Positions 55,601-63,923 of a stretch of 64,000 nt of DNA are shown here, piece by piece. The notes under the pieces are model-generated. The model searched no databases. It was not told the origin of the DNA and was given only the letters and a program-made list of their open reading frames with translations. Origin of the DNA: a virus (Duplodnaviria > Caudoviricetes); the IMG/VR virus record IMGVR_UViG_3300020576_004709, positions 1-64,000 of that record. The stretch is one strand, 5' to 3'. Both the position numbers and the translations under genes were made by a program. Within the stretch, counting starts at the first letter, position 1. Each line of letters starts with the position of its first letter.

Positions 55601-58600
55601 TCGTGCGACACGTCCTCGGGCTGAACCTTTTCGAGCGCCGCCACGTTCGCGGCGAACTTCGGGTCGGTCTCGGCCGCCGCCCGCGCCATGGCCAGCTTCC
55701 GCCGGACGTTCCCCGAAAGGTACTGGTCGGCGGGTTGCCACCCGGCCGACGGGTCGGAGTAGGCGAGGCCGGCATCGACCAAATGCTTTTCGACCGCCTC
55801 GCGCGGCAGCGACGTCAGCGCCGCGATCCGGTCCACGTCCACGCCGCCGGATTCGTGGAGCACGACGCCGAGCGCCTCGGACGGGTCGTTCGCCTTCTCC
55901 ACCTTCGACACGGCCTTGATCGTGTCCTTGTGGAAGATGTCGGCCTTCTCGAACTTGCCCGTCTTCGGGTTGGCCTTCTCCATCGCCAGCAGGATCGGCG
56001 AATCGGGGTCGGTTCGGAACGCCGCCTTGTTGCCCTTCGCGTTGAGCGGTCCGTGTTCCTTGACGAATTGATCGTAGACCGCGTTCAGCATGGCCCGCGC
56101 GGCGGTCGCGTCGCCGCCCGCGATCTGCGTGTTGAGCACGTCCCGCATCGCGTCCCGCACGGTCATGTGGGCCTGGATCTTCGCCGCGACCGCCGGCTTC
56201 ACGTCGGCCTGCTCAACCATCTGGTCGCCCTGGCGGATGTAGACCTTCCCGCCGTCCACCTTGAACCCGCCCGCGCGAACCTCGCCCGGTGCCGGGGTTG
56301 CCGCCGGTCCCGCGTACCGCTCCTTCGGCGCGGTCGCCGCCGAGTAGAGGCCCTTCGGCAGACGGTCGATCGCCGCGGCGAGCCGCTGTTCGTAGTCGGC
56401 CGTTCGCGTGACGTTGACGCTGTTGCCCTGGTACATGGAACCGGTTCGGTCCACCGTGCCGAGCACCTGGCCGGGATTCTCCGCGAAGTAGCGGTTGATC
56501 GGGATGGCCTCGCCGCCGGCCGGGTCGGGAACGGTCGTCGTCTCCATCCAGTTCGTCGCGGACGGCGGTTCGCCCGGCAACCGCTTCCGCAGGATGAGCA
56601 TGTCGGTCACGACGTCGGTGCCGGCGTTCGACTTGTGGGCACCGGACGGGAAGCGGATCGCCGAGACGAGGTCGCACGTCTTGCCGAGTTGCTGGCGGAT
56701 GGACGGGTCCATCTTGTCCAGCGTGCCAGTGCTCGTGATGTGCATCACGAGGCCGCCGGGCCGCACGAGGTCGGCCGATTTGAGGAAGAAATAATCGTGG
56801 ATGTTCGCGCCGTGCTTGTTGTACTTCGGGTCGTGGACGCGGTAGTCGCCAAACGGCACGTTGGAAGCCACGAGATCGTAGAAGCCCTCGGGTGATTGGA
56901 GCTTCTCGAACCCGTGGACCTTCACGTTCGCGTTCGGGTAGAGGTGGCCGAGCATCCCGCCGGTCGTCGGGTCGAGTTCGACGGCGGTCGTCTTCGTGTT
57001 GCCCGCGATGTGCGACGGCATCATGCCGAGGTAGTACCCGATCCCGGCCGACGTTTCGAGAAATCGCCCGCCCTTGAAGCCGAGGCGGTCGGCCATCTTC
57101 CAGTGGGCGTCGACCACTTCCGGGGCGGTGTAGTGCGCGTTGAGCTTCGAGGCGCTCGCCGCGTCGTACTCTTCCGGGGTGAGGAGTCCTTCGAGGATCT
57201 CTCGTTCCTTGCGCCACTCGTTGCCGTACCGGTTGAACAGGCCGGGGAACTGCCCCCACCCGACGTACCGCGACATGACTTGCTGCTCTTCCGGGGTCGC
57301 GGTGGTGCGGCCCTCGGCCTTGATCGCTTGAAGGGTCTTGATCGCCGCGACGTTGGCCGCGAACTTCGTCCGCGCGCCGCCCGTCGCGAAGTCCTTCGAC
57401 GTGTACTGGAAATTGCCGGTGCCCGCGTCCGTCGGGTTCTCCGGCGTCGAGGGCTTGGCTACCGACTGTTCAGCGGGAGATTGAGCAACAACTTCCGGGT
57501 TGACTCCATCTGGTCGGACATCCCGGCTTCCACTTCCCACGCCTCGGGCCGGGCGACTTCGTCCGGCGGGGTCGGCAGAAATTGACTCAGGACGAACTCT
57601 CTCGCCGCCGACGGGTCGTTGCCCGCCGTCTCCATCCGGTCCAGCAGGTCCATCGCTTCCCAAGTCTGCGACTGTAGGTACGGCTCGAAGTCGCCCGACG
57701 TCTGCATTTCCGCCGCCAGTTCCGGGAAGTTCCGCAGCAGGTGCGCCCGGAGCATCTGTTCCCACTGGTTGCCCGGCTGGTAGCCCTGGTTCGCCGCGTC
57801 GCGGGCCTTCGTTTTCCAGTTGGTTTCGCTGCTCATCGGATGCCGCCGGGGTTTGAGGTTCTGACCCTATGCTATTCGTAATACCCTGCCCATCGAGTAG
57901 TTCGCCCATCTTCGGGGAATCTTTGACCTTCCGCGCGGTCGGTACCTTCTCGCCCTTGCCCGCGATCGGCTGGCCGGACGCCTGATCTACTTCCTGAACT
58001 TCGTTCCCGTTCACGCGGTACGGCTTGCCGTCCACCGTCCAGAGGTTGCCCCGCGACTTCTTGATCTTCGCCCCATCGATCGGGATGCGCTTGTTCTTCA
58101 TCCACGCGCCGAGGACGTGCGCGTCGCTCATGTTCGACGTGGGCAAGTGCGGGTTCTCGCCCGCGTGCGCGTTCGCGTAGCCGTGCTTGAACGCCTCGCT
58201 CGGGTTCGTCGGGGCGGCCGTCAGCCCGTGATCCTCGTCGCCCGCGTAGCCCGCGGCGAAACTACCATCCGCGTCCTGCTTCACCTGGAACTTGCCGGAG
58301 TTGTCCCCCATCTGCGGCTTCGTCTCGCCCGGCTTCGGCATCGCGGATTCCATGCCGCCGTGCAGTTCGAGGGCCTTCTCCCGCGTGATCGGCTTCCACT
58401 TCACCGCGAGGGTCTTTTGGACCGGCGCGGCCTGGCCCGCCGGAACGCCCGCCGTCGCCGGCGGCTCCGCTGGCTTCGCGCCGCCCGGCGCGGCCTCGCG
58501 CCCGCCCGCGCCGCCGGCCGGCTTGCCGTCCTTGTCGAACTTCAACGAGCCGAGCGTCACTTGGCCCGGACCGGCGGCCGCATTAACTCCCAACGACTGA

Positions 58601-61600
58601 CCATCAACTCCCAACGAAGCGGGCTTTTCTGTCGTCGGCTGCGCGTCGGCTGATTCCTTTGCGACCGGGTAGCCGTCTGCGGCCTTGCCAACGCGGTACC
58701 ATTCGCCGTCCATCTTGAACCGGCTGCCCGCCGCGCGCTGCTCGATATTCAATCCGTGCTCGGCGGCGAACTCCTCGGCTTTCTGGTGGTCGAGTTCCCG
58801 GTGCGCGTCGTCGAGGCTGAGTTGCTGGCCGGCCTTCGGCGAGGCGGCCGGGAGTTTGATGAGGTCGCCGAGGAGGTTGCGCGTCATGCCGGGCGGCGTC
58901 GGCTTGTCGCCCGCGTCCGGTGCCGGCGGGATGGCCTCGCCGGGGTTCGGGTCTTTTCGTGCCGGGGAAACCGATGCGGGTTGATCGTCGGCGGATTGGC
59001 CTCGGGCCTTCGCGTACTCGGCCCGCTGCTTGTCGCTGAGGGAGTTCCACGGAGTCTTGGCGAGGGTCTCGGCATACTCGTCGTCGTGGCCCGCGTTGGT
59101 CCAGTGCTCCAAGCGATCCTCGTGCGCGTCGGCCTGGTAGTCGTCGGAGGTGAGGTTCTTCTTGCCGAACGCTTCGTCGTTGAGATCGGGCGCGGCGGGC
59201 TTTGGCTGCTCGGCCGGCTTCGCGAGGAAGTCGCCGAGGATGTCGTCCTGCTGCTTCGATGCCGGTTTGGATTCGGGCTTTGCAATCTCGGCATCGAGCA
59301 AGTCGTTCGGAGCGTGCGGCGACGCGCTCAGACCTGGGGCTTGATTTGGGCCTGCTGGCTGAGGAGTTCCCGCGTCCCCCGTTCCGCCCGCTGCTTTTGC
59401 TCCGGCGTCATCGCCCACGGCCGGGGCACCGGCGGGGGTTGTGAGGGGGCGGCCGAGTTCGGCGTCGATGGCGGCGTTGATGCCGGCAAGGGACTGCTGC
59501 TTGACATGATCCTTCTCCGTTTGCGACTTCGCCGTCGCGAGCTGGATGGCGGCCACCTTGACCGCCTGGGAAATCGGGCCGCTGCGGTTCTGCAAGCGGT
59601 TGAACACTTCGAGGCGGTACGCGGAGTCCTGCTTCCGCTTCTGGTTCTCGTCGATCGCCAGCACGTTGCCGGCACCGGCCACCCGCCCCGCGCGGGCCTC
59701 GCTGGACACCGCCGCGTAGTCGCCGACCGCCTGGGAGAGCTTTCGCCCGGCGAACGACTGGATTTCAACCTCCTGGTCGAACGTGTTCTTCTCGTTCTCG
59801 AAATCGCCGAAGAGGTTCGTTTCCTTCTCGGTGTAGCTTCCCGCGTCGGCCATCTTCCGCGCGGCGGTCTCGATCTCGGAACGGTTCCATTCCCGTTCGC
59901 CGTTCTCGGCCCGGCGCTCGAGCTTCTGGAACAACTGCTCTTGCCTCGCGTGGTCGGGGAGATTCTTCGCCACCGCGACGGCGGTTGCCTCGTCGAGTTG
60001 GCCGTTCGTGAGCCGCTGGAACGACCGCTCGTTCAGGTTCGCGAGCGCGACCGCGTCTTGGGCCATCTTGCCCGAAACGCTCAGGCCGGCGTTGCGCAGG
60101 TGCTCGATGCCCTCGCCGGTGTCGCGCAGGTACTTCGCCGCGTCGATGGCCGTGCCACGCCCCTCGGCGATGTTGGCCAGCGCGCCGCGGCTGCGGGCTT
60201 CGACCGCGTCCTTCGCGTCGATGTACCGGACGTTCATCGTGTCCTGGCCGGTCCGCTCGGCGAGGCCGTGCCGGTTGTGGCCGTTGACGACCACGTCTTG
60301 ACCGCTCGCGGGATCCCGCCACGCGAGGATCGCCCCGCCGAGTTCCGGGTTCCACTTCGCGGCGCCTTTGAGTTCGCTGCCGATCCCGCCCTCGTCGACG
60401 TCCATCACCTTGTACTGGAACCGCTTCGGGTCGCGTACCAAACTCGACGTCGGCACGGTGTAGACGTCCGACGGCGACGGTACCGACGGCGTACCGTTCG
60501 GTCGCTTGGCCACTTCGCCGGACTGGACGGCGGCAACCGGTCGATCGACCGACGCGCCGGCGGCCTTCGTCTCGGGTCGCAACCACTGCTGCATGGTCGA
60601 TTCGGTCGCGCCGGCGGTCGCGTCCTTGCGGTACGGCTCGACTTCGTCGCCCTTCAAGAGCTTGTCCGACTGCTCGGTCCCGTAGGCCGCGCGCGGGCTG
60701 GCCCCGTGCATTCCGCCCGTCATGCCCTTGATGACCGCGTCGGCCATCTGGTGCCGGCTCATGCCGAACGTGTTGCCCCATTGGGTGTGCTTCTCGACCA
60801 TGTCGGCGAGTTCGCCCCTCGGGATCTTGTGGAGGTTCTCTTGGAGATCCTTGACGTGCTCGCCGGTGAACTGGCCCTGTCCGTGCGCGGCGGCCGCGCG
60901 CTGCACCGCTTCCTGGTGCGGCGAGAACTGCGGCCCCTTGTCCTTGCCCGCGTGCGGGTCGGGGATGTAGCCGGCCTGGATGAGCGCGTGCGTCTGTAGC
61001 GATTGCACCATCGCGTCCCGCCGGCGGCCGTTGGTGAACCGCGTCGCGAGGCGGTCGCGCACCCGCTTCAACTCGTTCACGTTCAGCGCGTCGAGATGGC
61101 CCGCCAACTGGCGGAACGTCTTCGGAGAAGCCTTGTCGTTCATCACGTCGCCGGCCAGCTTGATCGCGTCGGCCTTCGACGCCTGGGTCTTGTCGTATTT
61201 CTGCTTCGACTCGGTCGCCGCCTGCGCGTAGTGCTGTTCGCCGCCCTGCTGCGCGTGGAGCGCGGCCTTCGCCTTCGGGCCGTACAGCGTCTTGCCCGCG
61301 TGGTCGCCCATCCCGACCGCCTTCACGTTGCCGGTCGAAGTCTGCTGCGCCATCCACATGAACGCGCGGGGCTGCTGCCCCGCCTGCATCGCGTCCATCG
61401 AATCGCCGGCCGAGTTGTCCCCGCTGAGCATGTCCTGCAAAACGTCGATCGCGTGCCCGAAACCGTGCTGGTGCCCCTCCATCTGGGCGCGTAGCCGCAG
61501 GTTCATGATCGCGAGCAGGATCGCCCGCGACATTTCGGGGTTGCCGTTAACCTGGCGTTCGCCCGGTGCCGGATCGGTGTCGACTTCGGTGCCCTCGCCC

Positions 61601-63120
61601 GACGCGCCTTCGAGGTCGGTATCGTCCTCGTCCTCGACGTCCTCGTGACCGCCGAACGCCGTGACGCCCTTGACCGGCTGGCCGTCCTTGCCGGGGATGC
61701 CGGCCTTCGGATCGAAATCCGGCTTGCCGCCGCCGGCGGGCGGTGCGGTCGGAGCGCCCGGCACCGGAGCGCCGCCCATGCCACCCATTCCGCCCATGCC
61801 CGGAAACCCGCCGACCGACATGCCGGACATGGCCGCGTTCTGGCCGACGAGTTTGTCGGCCGCGTTCTTCGGCGATTCGAGGCCGAGCGTCTGTTGCACC
61901 TGCGCGAGGGACAGGCCGTGCATTCCGAGGAGGTCTTGGCCGAGCTTGAGCACGTTGCCCCGCTTCAAGCGCTGGTCGGGCGACATGCCGCCGAGGAGCA
62001 CGCGGGGAAGCCCGATGTCCCGGTCGGTGTAGTTGAGCTTCATCAACGGCTTGACGATCTGGTAGCGGATGACGTTACACACTTCCATCGCGAGCATCCA
62101 TTCGCCGAGTTCCGTGACGCCCCGCGCGACGGTCGAATCGCCGATGTCCGATCCGCTCTGCCCTTCGAGGAACGGCAGGTAGGCCCACCGCGTCGCCGTG
62201 TAGACTTCCTTCCGCCAGTCGTCGAGGGCCGACTGAAACGTCTCGCTCGTCCCGGTCGCGAAGTCGAGAACTTCAATCGAATCTTCCGGGGCGCAGTTGA
62301 TGTAACCCATCGACCGGGCGCGTTCGAGGAGATCGGCCGCGACGAGCCTGGCTTCCGGGTCGCTGAACTTGCCGACCAAGAACGGCCCGGTGAAGTTCTG
62401 GATCATGATGAGCCGGAGCTTCGTCGTGCTCTCGATCATCGTCGCCGCCCGCAACGCGCCGCGGAACATGCTGCGGCCATACGGGTTCTTGAAGAGCGAT
62501 TGGTAGCTGAAGAGCGTGAACTTGCCGGGGTCGAACAGGATGCCGGAGTTTGCCCGGTTCGCGCGGATGCCCACGACGTTTCGGAATGCGTCGATGTCCA
62601 TGTTGACGTAGTTGACGTCGATGGGATCGAGCGCCGCGAGACAGAGGTATTTCCGCCACGAACCCATTTCCGGATAGTCAAGCACGATTTCGTTGAGGCC
62701 GTAGCCGTCGATGAGCGCACCGGTCGCGATGTTCTTGATGACCGCGTGCCAACCGCCGTTCGCGCATTCGTCGATCGCCGCCTTCGCGTACTCCGCGGCC
62801 TCCTTGTTCTTCGGGTGCCGGTCGTCATACGGCAACACCTGCGGCTCGTAGGAACAGATCCGGGCAATCATCGAGTCGAACGCCGAAATCACCGTCGGCT
62901 CGCGAAGCATCAGTTCCCGGTACTTCTGGCGCTTCTCCGGCGTTTCGAGCGTGAGGTTCTCGAAGCTGTTCGGGTTCGTGAAGAACGACCGCATCCACTC
63001 CGTTCGGAACTGCCGGCGCTGGAACTCGGTCACGTCCGGCATGACCAGTTGCCGGCCGCTCGGCCCGGTGCCGTACTGGTTGAGCTTGTCGTTGGAGTTC
63101 GCGTACAGCGTCGAGAACAT
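52612..63120 (-). CDS. 3502-aa fusion: DUF935 (Mu gp29-type) portal + ParB-like domain + N6-adenine methyltransferase + SNF2 helicase (DarB-like polyvalent protein)
   Basis: Portal: ALIDGYG..EI, NPYG..M.R.A, NF..PF.VGK, G.......E.....A; ParB-like: RDPKRFQYK...W....G.I.AW...VVNGH.R; MTase: FLETSAG.G, DLV.SNVPFG, LV.AIR.PSGA; helicase: HEVGTGKT, VDEAHNYK, ATGTPV.N, W.P....QR.GR..RQGN. Confidence 0.9.
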   Translation of the reverse strand: MFSTLYANSNDKLNQYGTGPSGRQLVMPDVTEFQRRQFRTEWMRSFFTNPNSFENLTLETPEKRQKYRELMLREPTVISAFDSMIARICSYEPQVLPYDDRHPKNKEAAEYAKAAIDECANGGWHAVIKNIATGALIDGYGLNEIVLDYPEMGSWRKYLCLAALDPIDVNYVNMDIDAFRNVVGIRANRANSGILFDPGKFTLFSYQSLFKNPYGRSMFRGALRAATMIESTTKLRLIMIQNFTGPFLVGKFSDPEARLVAADLLERARSMGYINCAPEDSIEVLDFATGTSETFQSALDDWRKEVYTATRWAYLPFLEGQSGSDIGDSTVARGVTELGEWMLAMEVCNVIRYQIVKPLMKLNYTDRDIGLPRVLLGGMSPDQRLKRGNVLKLGQDLLGMHGLSLAQVQQTLGLESPKNAADKLVGQNAAMSGMSVGGFPGMGGMGGMGGAPVPGAPTAPPAGGGKPDFDPKAGIPGKDGQPVKGVTAFGGHEDVEDEDDTDLEGASGEGTEVDTDPAPGERQVNGNPEMSRAILLAIMNLRLRAQMEGHQHGFGHAIDVLQDMLSGDNSAGDSMDAMQAGQQPRAFMWMAQQTSTGNVKAVGMGDHAGKTLYGPKAKAALHAQQGGEQHYAQAATESKQKYDKTQASKADAIKLAGDVMNDKASPKTFRQLAGHLDALNVNELKRVRDRLATRFTNGRRRDAMVQSLQTHALIQAGYIPDPHAGKDKGPQFSPHQEAVQRAAAAHGQGQFTGEHVKDLQENLHKIPRGELADMVEKHTQWGNTFGMSRHQMADAVIKGMTGGMHGASPRAAYGTEQSDKLLKGDEVEPYRKDATAGATESTMQQWLRPETKAAGASVDRPVAAVQSGEVAKRPNGTPSVPSPSDVYTVPTSSLVRDPKRFQYKVMDVDEGGIGSELKGAAKWNPELGGAILAWRDPASGQDVVVNGHNRHGLAERTGQDTMNVRYIDAKDAVEARSRGALANIAEGRGTAIDAAKYLRDTGEGIEHLRNAGLSVSGKMAQDAVALANLNERSFQRLTNGQLDEATAVAVAKNLPDHARQEQLFQKLERRAENGEREWNRSEIETAARKMADAGSYTEKETNLFGDFENEKNTFDQEVEIQSFAGRKLSQAVGDYAAVSSEARAGRVAGAGNVLAIDENQKRKQDSAYRLEVFNRLQNRSGPISQAVKVAAIQLATAKSQTEKDHVKQQSLAGINAAIDAELGRPLTTPAGAPAVGDDAGAKAAGGTGDAGTPQPAGPNQAPGLSASPHAPNDLLDAEIAKPESKPASKQQDDILGDFLAKPAEQPKPAAPDLNDEAFGKKNLTSDDYQADAHEDRLEHWTNAGHDDEYAETLAKTPWNSLSDKQRAEYAKARGQSADDQPASVSPARKDPNPGEAIPPAPDAGDKPTPPGMTRNLLGDLIKLPAASPKAGQQLSLDDAHRELDHQKAEEFAAEHGLNIEQRAAGSRFKMDGEWYRVGKAADGYPVAKESADAQPTTEKPASLGVDGQSLGVNAAAGPGQVTLGSLKFDKDGKPAGGAGGREAAPGGAKPAEPPATAGVPAGQAAPVQKTLAVKWKPITREKALELHGGMESAMPKPGETKPQMGDNSGKFQVKQDADGSFAAGYAGDEDHGLTAAPTNPSEAFKHGYANAHAGENPHLPTSNMSDAHVLGAWMKNKRIPIDGAKIKKSRGNLWTVDGKPYRVNGNEVQEVDQASGQPIAGKGEKVPTARKVKDSPKMGELLDGQGITNSIGSEPQTPAASDEQRNQLENEGPRRGEPGLPAGQPVGTDAPGAPAAELPGTGGGNADVGRLRAVPTVADLGSDGPAGPDGDGGQRPVGGERVRPESISADPAGRSRPARGVGSGSRDVRPDGVNPEVVAQSPAEQSVAKPSTPENPTDAGTGNFQYTSKDFATGGARTKFAANVAAIKTLQAIKAEGRTTATPEEQQVMSRYVGWGQFPGLFNRYGNEWRKEREILEGLLTPEEYDAASASKLNAHYTAPEVVDAHWKMADRLGFKGGRFLETSAGIGYYLGMMPSHIAGNTKTTAVELDPTTGGMLGHLYPNANVKVHGFEKLQSPEGFYDLVASNVPFGDYRVHDPKYNKHGANIHDYFFLKSADLVRPGGLVMHITSTGTLDKMDPSIRQQLGKTCDLVSAIRFPSGAHKSNAGTDVVTDMLILRKRLPGEPPSATNWMETTTVPDPAGGEAIPINRYFAENPGQVLGTVDRTGSMYQGNSVNVTRTADYEQRLAAAIDRLPKGLYSAATAPKERYAGPAATPAPGEVRAGGFKVDGGKVYIRQGDQMVEQADVKPAVAAKIQAHMTVRDAMRDVLNTQIAGGDATAARAMLNAVYDQFVKEHGPLNAKGNKAAFRTDPDSPILLAMEKANPKTGKFEKADIFHKDTIKAVSKVEKANDPSEALGVVLHESGGVDVDRIAALTSLPREAVEKHLVDAGLAYSDPSAGWQPADQYLSGNVRRKLAMARAAAETDPKFAANVAALEKVQPEDVSHEDIEAKLGVPWVPSSDVSEFAASLLGGQNHHFKISYLPHSGAWIANYSNEGKRYVANTKTATEVWATPRKSFDELFEAALNNTSVRVTDKISDGSTVVNREETDNANAKIQEIKDKFKEWLWTDDERRDRLHRHYNDNFNNVVPMKYNGQHLQFPGMNPGVKLRDHQANAVWQVVTTGKGLLGHEVGTGKTYTMGAAAMELRRLGLAKKPAIACLKANIEQVTRELQHLYPGAKILSTVDNFDKANRKKTISQIATGDYDMVIMTHDNLDMLQMKPETVAEHIRDELKELEAVRSEMMANEPKGKQSRAQTSLENAKKNLEAKLQEALDPSRKDDAVFFEETGIDHIFVDEAHNYKSLPCYTKQQGLKGVPTGRSAKATAMYMRTKWLMENNGGRGVVFATGTPVDNTMAELYNMQRYLQPQELKERGLHTFDAWASTFGDVQTKMEFTVAGDYKPVSRFAKFTNIPELMQMSRQMLDIQRADAMKNPDGSASLIRPKREDSYETAPKTPEIARLMDSLQTRAQNLKRGGKDNMLVICTDGRKGALDMRLLDPNAVDHPDSKTNLAVRNVLKINKEHPGRTQMIFSDIGVNDIGEKGGDDDNLGLADVYDKPGEEGDVNAGNSFNLYGDIIEKLVKGGIPREKIADFSKLAGEKKENAMQAMREGKILVAIGSSKKMGTGVNVQDKLYALHHLDVPWTPASVEQRNGRAWRQGNMNDPSKAAHEQQVKIVSYVTEGSLDRTFWQIIGNKLRFVKQVMTPGGTTQRAVGEEDAAQLTPEQLMAAASGDPRVLQKVQLDEDLKNLHAGRKRHDSEQYKLKAAVASGERNLPMLERHAENLAKDAGDMEKHVDFKIHLNGQDYADRPEAEKALEQALKDVQDPYGIGVRVGQFKGLQLMRRGEKLYLESKHHDSRFGVGESLKSIEYVARNLQKGADAAKDDIARAKADIARTKAGIGKEFPKAAELKQKMEALKKLEEELKGENKKPAEGTPEAEKSK
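57459..57836 (-). CDS. nested gene (TnpV-like, 125 aa) in a different frame of the giant ORF
   Basis: MSSETNWKTKARD...W..M.RAHL..NFPEL.AEM..SG...YL...W.A.DL; GC-rich third positions are in this frame rather than the host frame. Confidence 0.7.
   Translation of the reverse strand: MSSETNWKTKARDAANQGYQPGNQWEQMLRAHLLRNFPELAAEMQTSGDFEPYLQSQTWEAMDLLDRMETAGNDPSAAREFVLSQFLPTPPDEVARPEAWEVEAGMSDQMESTRKLLLNLPLNSR
59328..59411 (-). CDS. possible nested micro-ORF (27 aa) in the giant ORF
   Basis: MTPEQKQRAERGTRELLSQQAQIKPQV*, nearly all codons end in G/C. Confidence 0.4.
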   Translation of the reverse strand: MTPEQKQRAERGTRELLSQQAQIKPQV

Positions 63121-63207
63121 GGGGGTTGCCGCCGGTGAGGTCGTTGAGCCGTCTTGGGTTCGATCTTATGCGATGCCGCGAGGAAATGAAACGCCGTCGC
63201 CCGACCG

Positions 63208-63305
63208 CGAAGGTTGGTTGAAATTTGGTTCGCATTTGGTTCGCGTTTGGTTCGTTTTCGAGAAACGAGCGCATTTCGAGCGATTTCCGAGCGCAATTCG
63301 AGCGC
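63208..63305. repeat. second TGGTTCG repeat array plus CGAGCG repeats upstream of the portal
   Basis: CGAAGGTTGGTTGAAATTTGGTTCGCATTTGGTTCGCGTTTGGTTCG, then CGAGCG x4 at about 11-bp spacing. Confidence 0.8.
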
Positions 63306-63423
63306 CGCCCGGTCGAAATCGGGCGCGCACCACCGGCATTATCCTCCAACACTGCTAACCGCAGGGAAGACAAGGGAATTAGAGTGCTGCGCCAACGTGG
63401 CCGAAACCACACCAAACGAGCGA

Positions 63424-63661
63424 ACTTCGGAACCGGCAGTTGCGTCCTGTGACGGACTGAGTGTTGGAGTCCCCGTTGACAGCCATTGGTCAGAGCGGGG
63501 TTTATTGCAACTGCGATCGGCCCTCCCGAAGTCCTTCACTTCCCCTGCGGTGCCCGGTGGTGAGGCACCGCCCTCGACGGGGAACTCTCGCGGGTACGCT
63601 ATGCCCCGCGCCGGCCGGCCGATAGGTAAGAACGCCGCGCGAACGGGCGAAAGCCCCGTTC
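63424..63661 (+). ncRNA. putative structured non-coding RNA (unclassified)
   Basis: Nested stems ACTTCGG/CCGAAGT and GCAGTTGC/GCAACTGC, internal hairpins, TTCCCC/GGGGAA with CGGTGCC/GGCACCG, and a GAAA-tetraloop hairpin. Confidence 0.4.
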
Positions 63662-63887
63662 TGAAGAACCATGCCGCGCTGAGGACGGCTATTCGGCTGT
63701 TGCTTTTTATCGACCGCTTTGGTGGAAAGTGACCGAAATGCGTTGAAGTGGCCTATTCGGAATCGTATTATTCCGACGTCGACCGCTGCATTTCAATCGA
63801 GCCGCTCGAAGCTATCAACTTCGGCGGCTTTTTCATTTCCTTCGCCTCATCGGTTCTAGGCCACCCCCGGCCGCGCGTCCAAGAAAA

Positions 63888-63923
63888 AATCCGCTTGACG
63901 TTCCGGGGAACATCAAGCGGATT
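63888..63923. promoter_or_regulatory. long palindrome (operator candidate)
   Basis: AATCCGCTTGA-C-GTTCC-GG-GGAAC-A-TCAAGCGGATT. Confidence 0.55.

Noticed and set aside
58585-58617. AACTCCCAACGA direct repeat at 21-bp spacing in the giant ORF
   Set aside because: Only two copies, explained by a SLGV-x3-SLGV peptide duplication in a linker
41157-62032. Many long plus-strand ORFs antisense to head, tail and giant genes (e.g. 41157..43562, 46453..48207, 52876..55062, 58756..60999)
   Set aside because: Typical shadow ORFs of GC-rich coding DNA, with Arg/Val/Asp-biased composition and no motifs
63540-63620. Possible cobalamin or TPP riboswitch in the non-coding block
   Set aside because: Partial words (GGTG, GGGAA, CTGAG) are present but the conserved cores (CCGGTG..AATCCGG, ACCTGAT) are missing
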